From positions 32,001 through 96,000 of IMG/VR virus record IMGVR_UViG_3300014205_000177: a DNA stretch of 64,000 bases; one strand, 5' to 3'. This document shows, one piece after another, positions 48,544 through 58,554 of this stretch (position 1 is the stretch's first letter; each line of letters begins with the position of its first letter). The notes below the pieces were generated by a model that saw only the letters and a program-made list of their open reading frames with translations, searched no databases and was not told the DNA's origin. The translations under genes were made by a program, and so were the position numbers. The DNA is from a virus. Lineage: Duplodnaviria; Caudoviricetes.

Positions 48544-48571
48544 ACAATAGCATTTTTTTTGTATTTTTCAA
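48544..48571 (-). promoter_or_regulatory. sigma70-like extended -10 promoter for the ssb-ruvC-exo-GT operon
   Basis: TTGAAA-N13-TGC-TATTGT. Confidence 0.7.
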
Positions 48572-49704
48572 ATCTGAATATTATTATTTTTGAACATTTT
48601 TCTAACTTCAAAAATTGGCATTTCTCCTATGTCTTTTACGCCTCCAAATTTAATTTGCTTTACAGTAATTATATCTTTAAGTAATAGGTTTAATTTGTCC
48701 CTCCCTATAATACCATTTACATCTTCATCGAGAGCATTGACTATAGAATGGCACATTGATAGTAATTTATAAATATGAAATTCAAGAATGTCCTTTCCGC
48801 AAATAGCTACAACGTTTCTAATTCCTGATTCCCAACATCTCCAAAAATCTGCAAACCCCTCTACTACAATAGCTTCTCTTTTTTCTATTATATAAGGTTT
48901 TGAAAAATACAATCCATATAAAATATCCTTTTTATTACTACCTTTAACTATTTTATATTTAGGAACAGATTCATGTTCTTTAAGAACCCTGCCTGAAATA
49001 CCAACAAGCTTAAAGTTTTCATCTCTTAGTGGTATGGTAACTCTTTCTGGTCTAAATAAGCTTTTTTTCCAAGGACTATCATATGCAGGGCAAAAACCAA
49101 CCTCAAATAATTCTAATGTTTCATTAAGAAAACCCCTTTTTAAAAAATAATCATTTCTCCTATCAATACATCTCTGAACAAATTCTTCATTAATATATTC
49201 ACCTGGAGTAAATTCTATATTGTTATGCATTTTATTAATAGATAATACTTCATTATGAAAATTTATTAAGTCTTTCCTTGTCTCTATAATTTCAGGAGCC
49301 ACTATTTCCTTTTCTAAATCTTCTAAATTAACACCATACATTTCAGATAAAAAATTACAAGACTCTTCAAAACTACAAGATTTTATTTTCATTATAAAAT
49401 CTATAATATCACCATTATCTTGACAGTCTGTTCTACACATCCAATGGAATATAGGAGTTTCATCTTTAGACTTATAAAGAATAGAAAAAGCATCTCTTCT
49501 TTTACCGTGATGTATTGGACAACATGAACGTATTTGTTTTCCATCATTATGGAAAATTTTTATATCTAAAGAGTTACAAAAATCTTCTATATTCATACTT
49601 TCTGTAATTATCTTTTTAAATGCATATATGTCATACTTGGGATTACTTTTAACTACATTTACATTACATCCAATATTAGAGTGGTGTTGCAAATTTTTTG
49701 TCAT
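48568..49704 (-). CDS. dnaG: DNA primase (CHC2 Zn finger plus TOPRIM)
   Basis: CPIH...CRTDC, RVTIP, GISGR, PKY, VVEGFAD, LDEDVNG, KDIGE. Confidence 0.9.
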   Translation of the reverse strand: MTKNLQHHSNIGCNVNVVKSNPKYDIYAFKKIITESMNIEDFCNSLDIKIFHNDGKQIRSCCPIHHGKRRDAFSILYKSKDETPIFHWMCRTDCQDNGDIIDFIMKIKSCSFEESCNFLSEMYGVNLEDLEKEIVAPEIIETRKDLINFHNEVLSINKMHNNIEFTPGEYINEEFVQRCIDRRNDYFLKRGFLNETLELFEVGFCPAYDSPWKKSLFRPERVTIPLRDENFKLVGISGRVLKEHESVPKYKIVKGSNKKDILYGLYFSKPYIIEKREAIVVEGFADFWRCWESGIRNVVAICGKDILEFHIYKLLSMCHSIVNALDEDVNGIIGRDKLNLLLKDIITVKQIKFGGVKDIGEMPIFEVRKMFKNNNIQI

Positions 49705-51301
49705 TTTCTTCCTTTTTTTTCTTTATAGCCTCATCCTTTTCTTCTTCAGTTCTTCTTTTATTATGAGATGTTAAATCTATTTTATCTTTTTCTTCGTATG
49801 TTAAAGTGTCTCCATGAAAATTTAACCCTATCCCATCAATACATATTGGGCCGCCACGTTGGTCAACAACATGAATCATTTGATTATAGAATTGTTCAGT
49901 CTTTGAATATTTGTCAAGCATAACCGTCATTTCTTGACTATTAAGTCTTCTTAACCAAATAAGACATGTACAAAATCTTAAAAGACGGTCAGAGTCAGCC
50001 AAAAAATTTTGAGCATTAAAAGCTGCATTTGTACCTACATCTTTATCATTACCTAATCTATTTGCTTGTGCTCCAGCAATAATAGGTACATCTAATTCTC
50101 TTCTTGCGTCGTTTAATTTTGTAGCTATAAAACCAAGTTCTTGATATTCTTTTACCTTTTGTAATGAGTCAGAATCTGCTACTTTCAACCAATCATAAAC
50201 AATAAGACATGGTTTAGTTTTCTTTTTACCATTTGGCATTATTTCATACCCAACATACTTTTCTACAAACTCTCTGATAAGAGCTATAATACCATCTATA
50301 TCCATAGCCTTCGCCGCACAATAATAAAACTCTTGTTCTGATAAGGTTTTACCAAATTCATTTATTGATTTTGTTTTTTCTTCATCGTCCATAAAAGACC
50401 CATCCATAATATCCCATTCTTTAATTGCTGACATTCTTGATAAAGCTCTAGAAGCTTGTTCTTTTTGAGACATTTCAGTGTCAATATAGAATACTGGTAT
50501 ATTTTGTTTGGCAGTTTCTATTCCAAAGTTTAATAACAAACTTGATTTACCTGTTTTTGGTCTTGCAAATAATATTATAAACTGAGTTCTTCTTATTCCA
50601 TTGATTACTTTCATTAATCTCGGCATTACAGGGATATAAATACCAACCCTACCTTTATTAGCTTTATTAAAAATTGAATCTTGAATTAATTCTTCTATAC
50701 AATCTCCAAGTTTTACTATATTCCCCGTACTTCTTTCTTTTTTTATAGATGAAAAAATATCATCAACATCTTGAATTATTTTATCTCCATTATCTTTAAA
50801 GCTAGATTGAAAAGCCCTATCTTGAATTATAAAACTCATTCTAAATGATTTAATACGGATAGAGACCTCTTTTAATATTTCGATATATTTATCAAAAGAT
50901 TCTTTATTAGTGTCTGGTGCTCTTAAAATACTATCAACATATTCAATTTTACCAATATATATATTAAAATCATTTTTCAAATCTTCTCTAGTTTCCATCC
51001 ACTTATATATTAGACATGGATTAAAATCATAATCCTGATGCATTATGTCATATCTTTCTTTCATTTGTAATATAGTTCTATAAATAACATTAAAATTTAA
51101 TGAATAAACATCATCAACTGAAACTTTAGAATATGCTATTCTTACTAATTCTGGACTTTTTAAAATACATGAGATAAAAGCTCTCTCAATCCCTACATTA
51201 TATAAATTTTTTTCTCCGTCAACTCTTATTTTTAGAAGTTGTTCATAATCCATATTATGCTCCATTCCTAGATTTATCCATTTCAAATTTACGTGTATCA
51301 A
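49676..51301 (-). CDS. dnaB: replicative DnaB-like helicase
   Basis: ARPKTGKS, DTEM, VYDWL, AQANR. Confidence 0.88.
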   Translation of the reverse strand: MIHVNLKWINLGMEHNMDYEQLLKIRVDGEKNLYNVGIERAFISCILKSPELVRIAYSKVSVDDVYSLNFNVIYRTILQMKERYDIMHQDYDFNPCLIYKWMETREDLKNDFNIYIGKIEYVDSILRAPDTNKESFDKYIEILKEVSIRIKSFRMSFIIQDRAFQSSFKDNGDKIIQDVDDIFSSIKKERSTGNIVKLGDCIEELIQDSIFNKANKGRVGIYIPVMPRLMKVINGIRRTQFIILFARPKTGKSSLLLNFGIETAKQNIPVFYIDTEMSQKEQASRALSRMSAIKEWDIMDGSFMDDEEKTKSINEFGKTLSEQEFYYCAAKAMDIDGIIALIREFVEKYVGYEIMPNGKKKTKPCLIVYDWLKVADSDSLQKVKEYQELGFIATKLNDARRELDVPIIAGAQANRLGNDKDVGTNAAFNAQNFLADSDRLLRFCTCLIWLRRLNSQEMTVMLDKYSKTEQFYNQMIHVVDQRGGPICIDGIGLNFHGDTLTYEEKDKIDLTSHNKRRTEEEKDEAIKKKKEENDKKFATPL

Positions 51302-51857
51302 TTATTCTTTTCAAACAATTATCCATCTGAACAAATGATTCAGCTAAACCATTACATTGTTCTGAATATAAATTATGAACATCTTGTATATTTTCTGCCG
51401 TTCTTAAATCCTCAAATTTATCCATTGCCATAGCTTCACGCTCTTTTATCGTTTTACCTATACAATGTTTTGCCGCAAGCATTAATGCCCTATTCAAACT
51501 TCTTTCTGACATTTTCTTGGCACAATTCCATTTATTTTCCCTAGCTCTTACCCATAATACGTGAGCAACTAAAACTGATTCATACTCTAATAATTTTTGT
51601 AATGTACACTCAAATAGAACTTCAGGTTCCCATTTCATGGCGTGTATAAGTTCTTCAAGTGTATTTTCTGGTTTATATTTTTTTTCTTCAAGAGCTATTA
51701 ATCCTAAATTTTTTCTAGCCTTAGTTAATGATGCGTTTGCTTTTTTTCTTAGTTCATCATTCTTTATAGCATTACATATTTGACTCTTTACTTCTTCTTC
51801 TGTAACTGACAAAGTTTCTTCTTCTTTCTCTTCTTTGTTTTTTAATTCTTCACTCAT
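51255..51857 (-). CDS. helical hypothetical protein
   Basis: coiled-coil character; between recA and dnaB. Confidence 0.55.
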   Translation of the reverse strand: MSEELKNKEEKEEETLSVTEEEVKSQICNAIKNDELRKKANASLTKARKNLGLIALEEKKYKPENTLEELIHAMKWEPEVLFECTLQKLLEYESVLVAHVLWVRARENKWNCAKKMSERSLNRALMLAAKHCIGKTIKEREAMAMDKFEDLRTAENIQDVHNLYSEQCNGLAESFVQMDNCLKRIIDTRKFEMDKSRNGA

Positions 51858-52255
51858 GATTTTAATGCCTTTTTAATTTTATTTTTTAACATTTTTTCAG
51901 AAACATCTTCATCATAATCAACCTCAATTAAAGAAATACCATTTGATTCACACCATTCTTTTTTTATTTTATCGTTTTTTTTAGATTTATTAAAACCTTC
52001 AACCCCATTATGAAAAAATCCTACCGGTTTAAAATGTTGAATACCATTACACTCTATTGCAAGATTCAACTCTTTTATAAATATGTCTAAATAAAGAGTT
52101 AACTGTTTTCCATAGTCATTAGTAATTTTTATAGAATACTCCTGAACAACCCTAAACGTTGGATACATTTGACGTATTGTTTCAAACACTTTTTTGTGCA
52201 GGTTCGACGCATTGCTCTTGGGGTTCAGTGACGACATCTTCCTCGACGTTTCCAT
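51854..52255 (-). CDS. Vsr/DUF559-like PD-(D/E)XK endonuclease
   Basis: QEY, LYLDIFI, AIECNGIQHF, DKIKKEWC, LIEV. Confidence 0.78.
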   Translation of the reverse strand: METSRKMSSLNPKSNASNLHKKVFETIRQMYPTFRVVQEYSIKITNDYGKQLTLYLDIFIKELNLAIECNGIQHFKPVGFFHNGVEGFNKSKKNDKIKKEWCESNGISLIEVDYDEDVSEKMLKNKIKKALKS

Positions 52256-53315
52256 GAATTTCCTCGTATATTTTTTTAATTAATTCTTTATTAATAGTAT
52301 CAAAAAGAGTTTTATTGCTCTTTAAAAGAGAAACAGAACCAGCTCTGCCTTGAGCTAATTTTTCACCACAATAAGCATACCAAGAACCTTTTTTCTCTAC
52401 AATTCCCATATCAACACCAGCATCTAATACTGCTCCATACATATCCATTCCGCTACCATACATGATGTCAAACTCAGCCTTTCTAAAAGGCGGTGCTATT
52501 TTATTCTTTATTATTTTAACAACACATCTATTCCCTATAATATCTCCCGATGAATCTTTTAACTTTGCAATTATTCTTATATCCATACGTACAGATGTAT
52601 AGAACTTCAATGCATTACCACCTGTAGTTACCTCTGGACTTCCATAAACAATCCCAATTTTATCTCTTATCTGATTAGTAAATATTATCATTGTATTTGT
52701 TTTATTTGCTATTCCTACTATCTTGCGGAAAAATTGAGACATTAGACGAGCCTGTAAACCCATGTGAGAACTCCCCATTTCACCTTCTATTTCTGCTTTT
52801 GGTACTAAAGCTGCAACAGAATCTACAACTATTACATCAAGACCACCACTACGAATAAGTTTTTCAGCCATATCAAGAGCTTCTTCGGCATTAGCAGGTT
52901 GTGAAAATATTAATTTATTAATATCAACACCTAAATTTTGAGCATATGTTCCATCCCAAGAATGCTCCATATCAATAAAAGCACAATAACCACCTTTTGC
53001 TTGAGCACTGGCAATAATACTATTACAAAGAGTTGTTTTACCACTTGATTCGGGGCCGAATATTTCTATAACCCTTCCACCTGGAAGTCCATAAAAATAT
53101 TCATCTTCAACCTTCGTTATTATCCCTATAGCCTTGTCAATAGTTATACATCCTGTAGAAATAGTCTTACCATGCCAATGAAGACCATCTACGTCACCAA
53201 GTACACAAATAGATTCATTGTTTTCTTTCTGCAAACTTAATATTGTAGCCTGTAGTGCTTCTGGGAAAAACGATAATGCTGTTGCTCTTTTTTGAGTCTT
53301 TTTTTCCTTAACCAT
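52182..53315 (-). CDS. recA: recombinase RecA
   Basis: GPESSGKTT, IVVDSVAAL, QARLMSQ, GGNALKFY, KNKIAPPF. Confidence 0.97.
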   Translation of the reverse strand: MVKEKKTQKRATALSFFPEALQATILSLQKENNESICVLGDVDGLHWHGKTISTGCITIDKAIGIITKVEDEYFYGLPGGRVIEIFGPESSGKTTLCNSIIASAQAKGGYCAFIDMEHSWDGTYAQNLGVDINKLIFSQPANAEEALDMAEKLIRSGGLDVIVVDSVAALVPKAEIEGEMGSSHMGLQARLMSQFFRKIVGIANKTNTMIIFTNQIRDKIGIVYGSPEVTTGGNALKFYTSVRMDIRIIAKLKDSSGDIIGNRCVVKIIKNKIAPPFRKAEFDIMYGSGMDMYGAVLDAGVDMGIVEKKGSWYAYCGEKLAQGRAGSVSLLKSNKTLFDTINKELIKKIYEEIHGNVEEDVVTEPQEQCVEPAQKSV

Positions 53316-53318
53316 TTA

Positions 53319-54734
53319 TTAATCTCCATTATTTATATTGTTTCTTAATGTTGCTAAAATAGCATCTTTTTTTTCTTTTTCAAGTTCTCCTACTTCTTCT
53401 TTTGTTTCTTTTTGCATTTCTCTAATTCTAAAATCAATATCTTGAGATAGTTCTAGTTCATGTTTATATTTCATATAAGATTCTATTCTTGACACAATCC
53501 ATTCTATTCCAAATATACCTATGTGAATATTTAAATCCTTTATTTTATATTTATATTTTATATTTTCATAATCAAGAATCAACGTTTTTATCATTTCTGA
53601 TAATTTTTTATTGCCGTATCTTTCTATATTCTTCTTCATTATAGAACAATCTTTGATAAAATTAGGAAATTTAATATCTTCTATTATATTTTCCTCTTTA
53701 TTTTTCAACATTGTTAATTTAGCCATCCCACAATAAAAATAAGAAACAAAATCTCTAGAAGTCCATTCTCTTATTGGTTTTTTCATTGATGTAGAAATTT
53801 TCATATACTTGCAAAAACTTTCATAATTTGTACGAGCCATTTCTTTTAAACTTTCTTCCTTTAACTCTGTTACCGTTTCTACTTCTTCTACTTCTTCTAC
53901 TTCTTCTTCTATAATATCTTGTTGCTTTCCATAAGGTATTAGTTTTGATGATATTTTTATTTTACCAAGATTATTAATCTCATATATACCATTATATAGA
54001 TGTGAAAATTGAATAATTTTTAAATTATCAATTAAAGCAGTTATATCACATGGTAATATAAGACTACTTATATATTTTGGTGTTTTATCTTCTAATAATT
54101 TTGATTTAGAAAAATCTATTATAAATTCACCATTAGATTCTATAACATATTTATTTAGATTATTTACATCTATTTTATAAATTGAATATATTATTTCCTT
54201 AATAAATTTTTTTGATTGTATTTTATTCATACTATATAAAGGAATATCCCCAATTGTAGAAGCTTTTAATTCTTTTATGTCTGAAGTTTTTACAATACTT
54301 TCAAATAAATCAACATCTACAAGATTTGCCTCATACGTTTTACCGGTTACAGGTGTTATTATATCAAAATATTTTTCATGTAATATTTCAAATAACATTA
54401 GATTAAGAATATTTACAGAATAAATACTGGTTTTTTTACCAGACCTTAAAAGCCTTATAACAAAACCTTTCTTATATAGATTATCTAATCCTACTTTTAT
54501 TTGCTCATCGCTTAAAAACCCTATTTTGGAATTATTTAAAGATGATAATTGTGCTTTAGTCCATTTTGAACCTCTTATTTCTAACATGTTAATATTACTA
54601 TTTATCATTTCAGTTAATAAAAAAGTTGCTTCAAATCCTATACTATTAGCTATTAAAACTGGGAAAAATATAAAGTCCATACTTGAATTCCTTAATTTAG
54701 ATGCTCTATTATTACGTAAATTACAATAGCTCAT
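53319..54734 (-). CDS. hypothetical protein, possible replication initiator (N-terminal winged-helix-like)
   Basis: IANSIGFEATFLL...SDEQIKVGLDNLYKKGFV; first gene of the replication block. Confidence 0.45.
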   Translation of the reverse strand: MSYCNLRNNRASKLRNSSMDFIFFPVLIANSIGFEATFLLTEMINSNINMLEIRGSKWTKAQLSSLNNSKIGFLSDEQIKVGLDNLYKKGFVIRLLRSGKKTSIYSVNILNLMLFEILHEKYFDIITPVTGKTYEANLVDVDLFESIVKTSDIKELKASTIGDIPLYSMNKIQSKKFIKEIIYSIYKIDVNNLNKYVIESNGEFIIDFSKSKLLEDKTPKYISSLILPCDITALIDNLKIIQFSHLYNGIYEINNLGKIKISSKLIPYGKQQDIIEEEVEEVEEVETVTELKEESLKEMARTNYESFCKYMKISTSMKKPIREWTSRDFVSYFYCGMAKLTMLKNKEENIIEDIKFPNFIKDCSIMKKNIERYGNKKLSEMIKTLILDYENIKYKYKIKDLNIHIGIFGIEWIVSRIESYMKYKHELELSQDIDFRIREMQKETKEEVGELEKEKKDAILATLRNNINNGD

Positions 54735-54831
54735 AATCTTGTTTTTTCAAGCATGATTATAAACAAATGTGTTTTATAAGTGTTTCAATTTGTATAATAA
54801 GTTAATATACAACTAAAAAAGGAAATTTCAA

Positions 54832-56073
54832 ATGGTAGAAAAAAAATTCGAAGAATGCCGTAGTCTATTAATTGATTTAGTATCTTCTGGTTATGGGAGA
54901 TATACAGTTGCTAGAGAATTTGGGATTCACCCAAGCAAGGCAAGAAGGTGGATTGACAAAATTAGGAATGAAAAACAACCAACAACCAACACAGAAGATG
55001 CTGAAGTAATCATAAAATTGAGTAAAACTACTCAAAACCTAATGGATAAAAATAGAATAGAAAGAAAAAAGACTAGAGAAAATTACAGAATAACAAACTC
55101 CCTAGAAGAACTTACAGAAAAAATGATAGAACTGTTAAATGAGAAAAGTTTTTCAATAAACACTGTAACCCATAAAGAAAAACCAGATGATGTTGTAGCT
55201 ATAATACAATTATCAGACCTTCATTTAAATGAATTAATTGATAATGTAGGAGGTAATAGCTTCTCCTTTGAAATAGCATCTTCTCGATTAAAAATGTTCG
55301 CACAAAAAATAAAACAATATTTGATTCCAGTCGGAGTGACGCATGTTCTTATAGCCATGACTGGAGATATTATAAATTCAGACAGAAGACTAGATGAGGT
55401 TCTTAATCAAGCTACAAATAGAACAAAAGCTATGTTTTTAGCAATTGATATTTTAGTTCAATTTATAAAAGATTTAAACGAAAATTTCAATATTTCAATA
55501 TCTTCTGTTTCTGGTAATGAATCAAGAGTTGGGTTAGAATATGGTTCTTCAGATGCTGTTATGAGTGATAACTATGATTATGCGATTCATAATATGTTGA
55601 AATATTTATTTGTTAATTCTCCTGGAATTTCTTTTGTTACTGGAAATTGCGTAGAATGTTTAGTAAATATGAATGGTCAAAATGTTCTTCTTATTCATGG
55701 TAATGGATGTATTCAATCTGGGGCAACAGAAAAAAGCGTTGCCCAAATAAAAGGTAGATATGCAAGTAGAGGTGTCATTGTTAATTATGTTATTTTTGGA
55801 CATACTCACAGTGCTCAAATTGGAGACCAATACTCAAGGAGTTCTTCATTATGTGGTTCTAATGCCTATAGTGAAAAAAGTCTCAACTTGGCAGGAAGAG
55901 CATCTCAAAATATTTATCTATTTTATAGCAATGGACTGAGAGACGGAATAAAAATAGACCTTCAAGTAAATACCGAAGACGGATACCCTTTCGATAAAGA
56001 ATTAATTAGCTATAATAGTAAGAGTGACAAGAAAACTCATCTTCAAGAGTCAGTATTTTCTGTTGTTATTTAA
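54832..56073 (+). CDS. HTH plus calcineurin-like metallophosphoesterase
   Basis: VAREFGIHPSKARRW; SDLH, GD, GNE, HG, GHTH; SD AAGGA; TATAAT upstream. Confidence 0.82.
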   Translation: MVEKKFEECRSLLIDLVSSGYGRYTVAREFGIHPSKARRWIDKIRNEKQPTTNTEDAEVIIKLSKTTQNLMDKNRIERKKTRENYRITNSLEELTEKMIELLNEKSFSINTVTHKEKPDDVVAIIQLSDLHLNELIDNVGGNSFSFEIASSRLKMFAQKIKQYLIPVGVTHVLIAMTGDIINSDRRLDEVLNQATNRTKAMFLAIDILVQFIKDLNENFNISISSVSGNESRVGLEYGSSDAVMSDNYDYAIHNMLKYLFVNSPGISFVTGNCVECLVNMNGQNVLLIHGNGCIQSGATEKSVAQIKGRYASRGVIVNYVIFGHTHSAQIGDQYSRSSSLCGSNAYSEKSLNLAGRASQNIYLFYSNGLRDGIKIDLQVNTEDGYPFDKELISYNSKSDKKTHLQESVFSVVI

Positions 56074-56086
56074 TCTATTTTAAGAT

Positions 56087-56129
56087 ACCCCCGAAGCCTC
56101 TTTTAAATGCTCAAATGTCGGGGGTTTTT
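56087..56129 (+). terminator. possible terminator at gene convergence
   Basis: ACCCCCGA...TCGGGGGT followed by TTTT; loop is long (23 nt). Confidence 0.45.
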
Positions 56130-56776
56130 CTTTTTAATAAAGAAATAAATTTTCCCCTATTCATCGTTTTGTCATAAGACCTTGCTAATGCAACTATTCC
56201 AGAAACCATAGCACACGACATACTATGACCAGTTAGTTCACCATATCTATTATTTGGTAATGTAGATACTATTTTTTCTTCTGTATATATATCAGCTTTA
56301 CTTTTATCATTAAAAGATGTAACAGATAAAACTTCTTTATAATTTGCAGGGTAATATGTTTTTCCATCATTTGAAACAGCACCTACTACTATTATATTAT
56401 TTTCAAATGCTCTTTTTATAGAATCTCTTACACAAGTAAAATCTTGACTTAAAGAAATACTTAAATTTATTACATCAACACCATCATCTACTGCATTATT
56501 AATAGCATTAGATATTCCTTTGGCAGTTCCTACACTCTTTACAAAAATTACTTGGTAAATATTTAATTTGCACAAAGGAGCTACTTTTAGAATAATTCCA
56601 GCAATATGAGTACAATGTTCTTTCCCATATTCTCTTGCTCTCATACATGTAGAATATTTATTTATACTTTTACTTATATCTTTATGAGAAATATCACAAT
56701 GAGTATCTATTATAGCTACAATAGTATTTTTACCCTGAGTATATATCCAATCAAAGGGTATCTCAACTATTTTCAT
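56111..56776 (-). CDS. S8 subtilisin-like serine protease
   Basis: AIIDT (Asp), HCTHIAG (His), VINLS, AVSN, GHSMS (Ser). Confidence 0.85.
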   Translation of the reverse strand: MKIVEIPFDWIYTQGKNTIVAIIDTHCDISHKDISKSINKYSTCMRAREYGKEHCTHIAGIILKVAPLCKLNIYQVIFVKSVGTAKGISNAINNAVDDGVDVINLSISLSQDFTCVRDSIKRAFENNIIVVGAVSNDGKTYYPANYKEVLSVTSFNDKSKADIYTEEKIVSTLPNNRYGELTGHSMSCAMVSGIVALARSYDKTMNRGKFISLLKRKTPDI

Positions 56777-58172
56777 TTAAAGGTTCTCCTTGGTCTATTC
56801 CTGAAAAATTTTCGTTAACTATAAAATTATTTGCAGTTATCCATACTTCTTTTTTACCTCCAAAATTATCTTGAATAGTAACTAATGCTTTAGCTCTTAC
56901 AATTCCACCTAAACATTGTTCTACCCACATACCATCTAGCTTAGATGAAATATTAGAAGGAATACTCCAAACAACTTTTTGCCCCTTTAATTCATCAGGT
57001 ATTCTCCATTTATCATTAACAGGATTGGTATCTTTTTTTAATATAGACACTGAATATGTTCCAGGTTCTGAATAGATATGTTCTATTTCTCCACTTGTAG
57101 TAATATTTTCAGAAGAACCATCGCCCCAATTAACAATAGTCAATTCTACATCAACAAGTATTATTGATTTAACTTCATTAGAGTCTTCAGTAATTAATGT
57201 TTCATAAGTTAAAGAATCAACCTCATCAATTGTTGGATATTTTAATACTCTGTCTGGATTATTTTCTTCAAAATTATGAAAGTAAGAACCTACCGGATAA
57301 ACATTACCATCATCATCACTAAAAGGAGATTGAATTTTACCATCTATTTTATAAGGAATTGAAACTTGAACTTCCAATCCATCTCCAAATATATTTTCAT
57401 CTATATCCCTGTCTTGCCATCCATATAATCTTTCCCAATTTAAATGATTAACAACCTGATATTCTATAGTTGGATATATATAATAAGAATCTTGGTATCC
57501 AAAATCTCTTCCTTTTATTTCATCAATAGGTCCATCAATTAAGCCATTATCCCCTCCACACCAAAAATTTCTAGGAATAATAAAATCAGTATCTCCATTT
57601 TTAGTAAAATCATCAATATTCCATTTATTATTACCACCCTTTAAATAATGGTCTCTTTCTGTTTTAAGTTCATTAGAATAATATTCAATAGAAATTGTTC
57701 TAGCCATATTATTAAAAAAGAAAAAATTACCCTTGCATTCACGAAAAGGTCCAAACGTATGAGCATTGCTACTTGCATCATATTTTATACCAGTTTTACC
57801 AATATCTCCATTTATATATTTATTCTTTCTACTATCCCACGGTTGGATATAAACTCTTCTCCAATATTCCTCAATATAAAAATACCATTTTGGCGTTCCT
57901 AATATAACAACGTTATCTGTTTTATTTGGGTCTTTAGACCTTATAGACCATTCGTCTTCAATAGAAAAATTATAACTTTGAGAACCACTAAAAGCCCTAG
58001 AAGCACCATCTAATTCTGGTTCATGACCAAGCATAAAAAAATGACAATGACCTCTATGTGGTCTTTGATTAGATGGTATCCACCCCCCTTGATTATAAAA
58101 ATTCCAATCTCTAAACCCCCACTGGTCATGATATATTACATATAATGGATAAAATTCTAAATTATCTGACAT
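56763..58172 (-). CDS. putative virion protein with PKD-like domain
   Basis: VNWGDG...EHIYSEPGTYSV. Confidence 0.55.
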   Translation of the reverse strand: MSDNLEFYPLYVIYHDQWGFRDWNFYNQGGWIPSNQRPHRGHCHFFMLGHEPELDGASRAFSGSQSYNFSIEDEWSIRSKDPNKTDNVVILGTPKWYFYIEEYWRRVYIQPWDSRKNKYINGDIGKTGIKYDASSNAHTFGPFRECKGNFFFFNNMARTISIEYYSNELKTERDHYLKGGNNKWNIDDFTKNGDTDFIIPRNFWCGGDNGLIDGPIDEIKGRDFGYQDSYYIYPTIEYQVVNHLNWERLYGWQDRDIDENIFGDGLEVQVSIPYKIDGKIQSPFSDDDGNVYPVGSYFHNFEENNPDRVLKYPTIDEVDSLTYETLITEDSNEVKSIILVDVELTIVNWGDGSSENITTSGEIEHIYSEPGTYSVSILKKDTNPVNDKWRIPDELKGQKVVWSIPSNISSKLDGMWVEQCLGGIVRAKALVTIQDNFGGKKEVWITANNFIVNENFSGIDQGEPLNENS

Positions 58173-58173
58173 T

Positions 58174-58554
58174 TTAAGCTCCTGTAGATGGTGGTTTTGG
58201 TTTTGGTGTTTTAACTCTTGTTTTTATAAACCCAGCGTATCTAGGAGCTATATACAAATCAACACTTCTCAATAACCCAATAATACTAACTTCTGAAATA
58301 AAATCAGGCTTATTAGATGGTCTTCCAGTATGAACAGATACTCCTTCAAATCTAGGTTCTACAATTTTTTCAAAATTCCAAGTAGGATATATTTGTTGTC
58401 CAGCTCCCTTTCCACTAAATATACCAGTCTTATCTATTACTGGAGGATTAACCATACCCTTATATAATTTTGAAAGGTTTCCATAATTATGCATTTGATA
58501 ATCTTCGGCAGTTATTATAATTTTAGGAGAAACTCCAGTAGCAGTCAAACTCAT
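58174..58554 (-). CDS. hypothetical (probably structural) protein
   Basis: ORF, SD GGAGG. Confidence 0.55.
   Translation of the reverse strand: MSLTATGVSPKIIITAEDYQMHNYGNLSKLYKGMVNPPVIDKTGIFSGKGAGQQIYPTWNFEKIVEPRFEGVSVHTGRPSNKPDFISEVSIIGLLRSVDLYIAPRYAGFIKTRVKTPKPKPPSTGA

Noticed and set aside
53881-53910. 9-bp tandem repeat (acttcttct) as possible origin iterons
   Set aside because: Fully explained by the low-complexity EEVEEVEEV coding stretch
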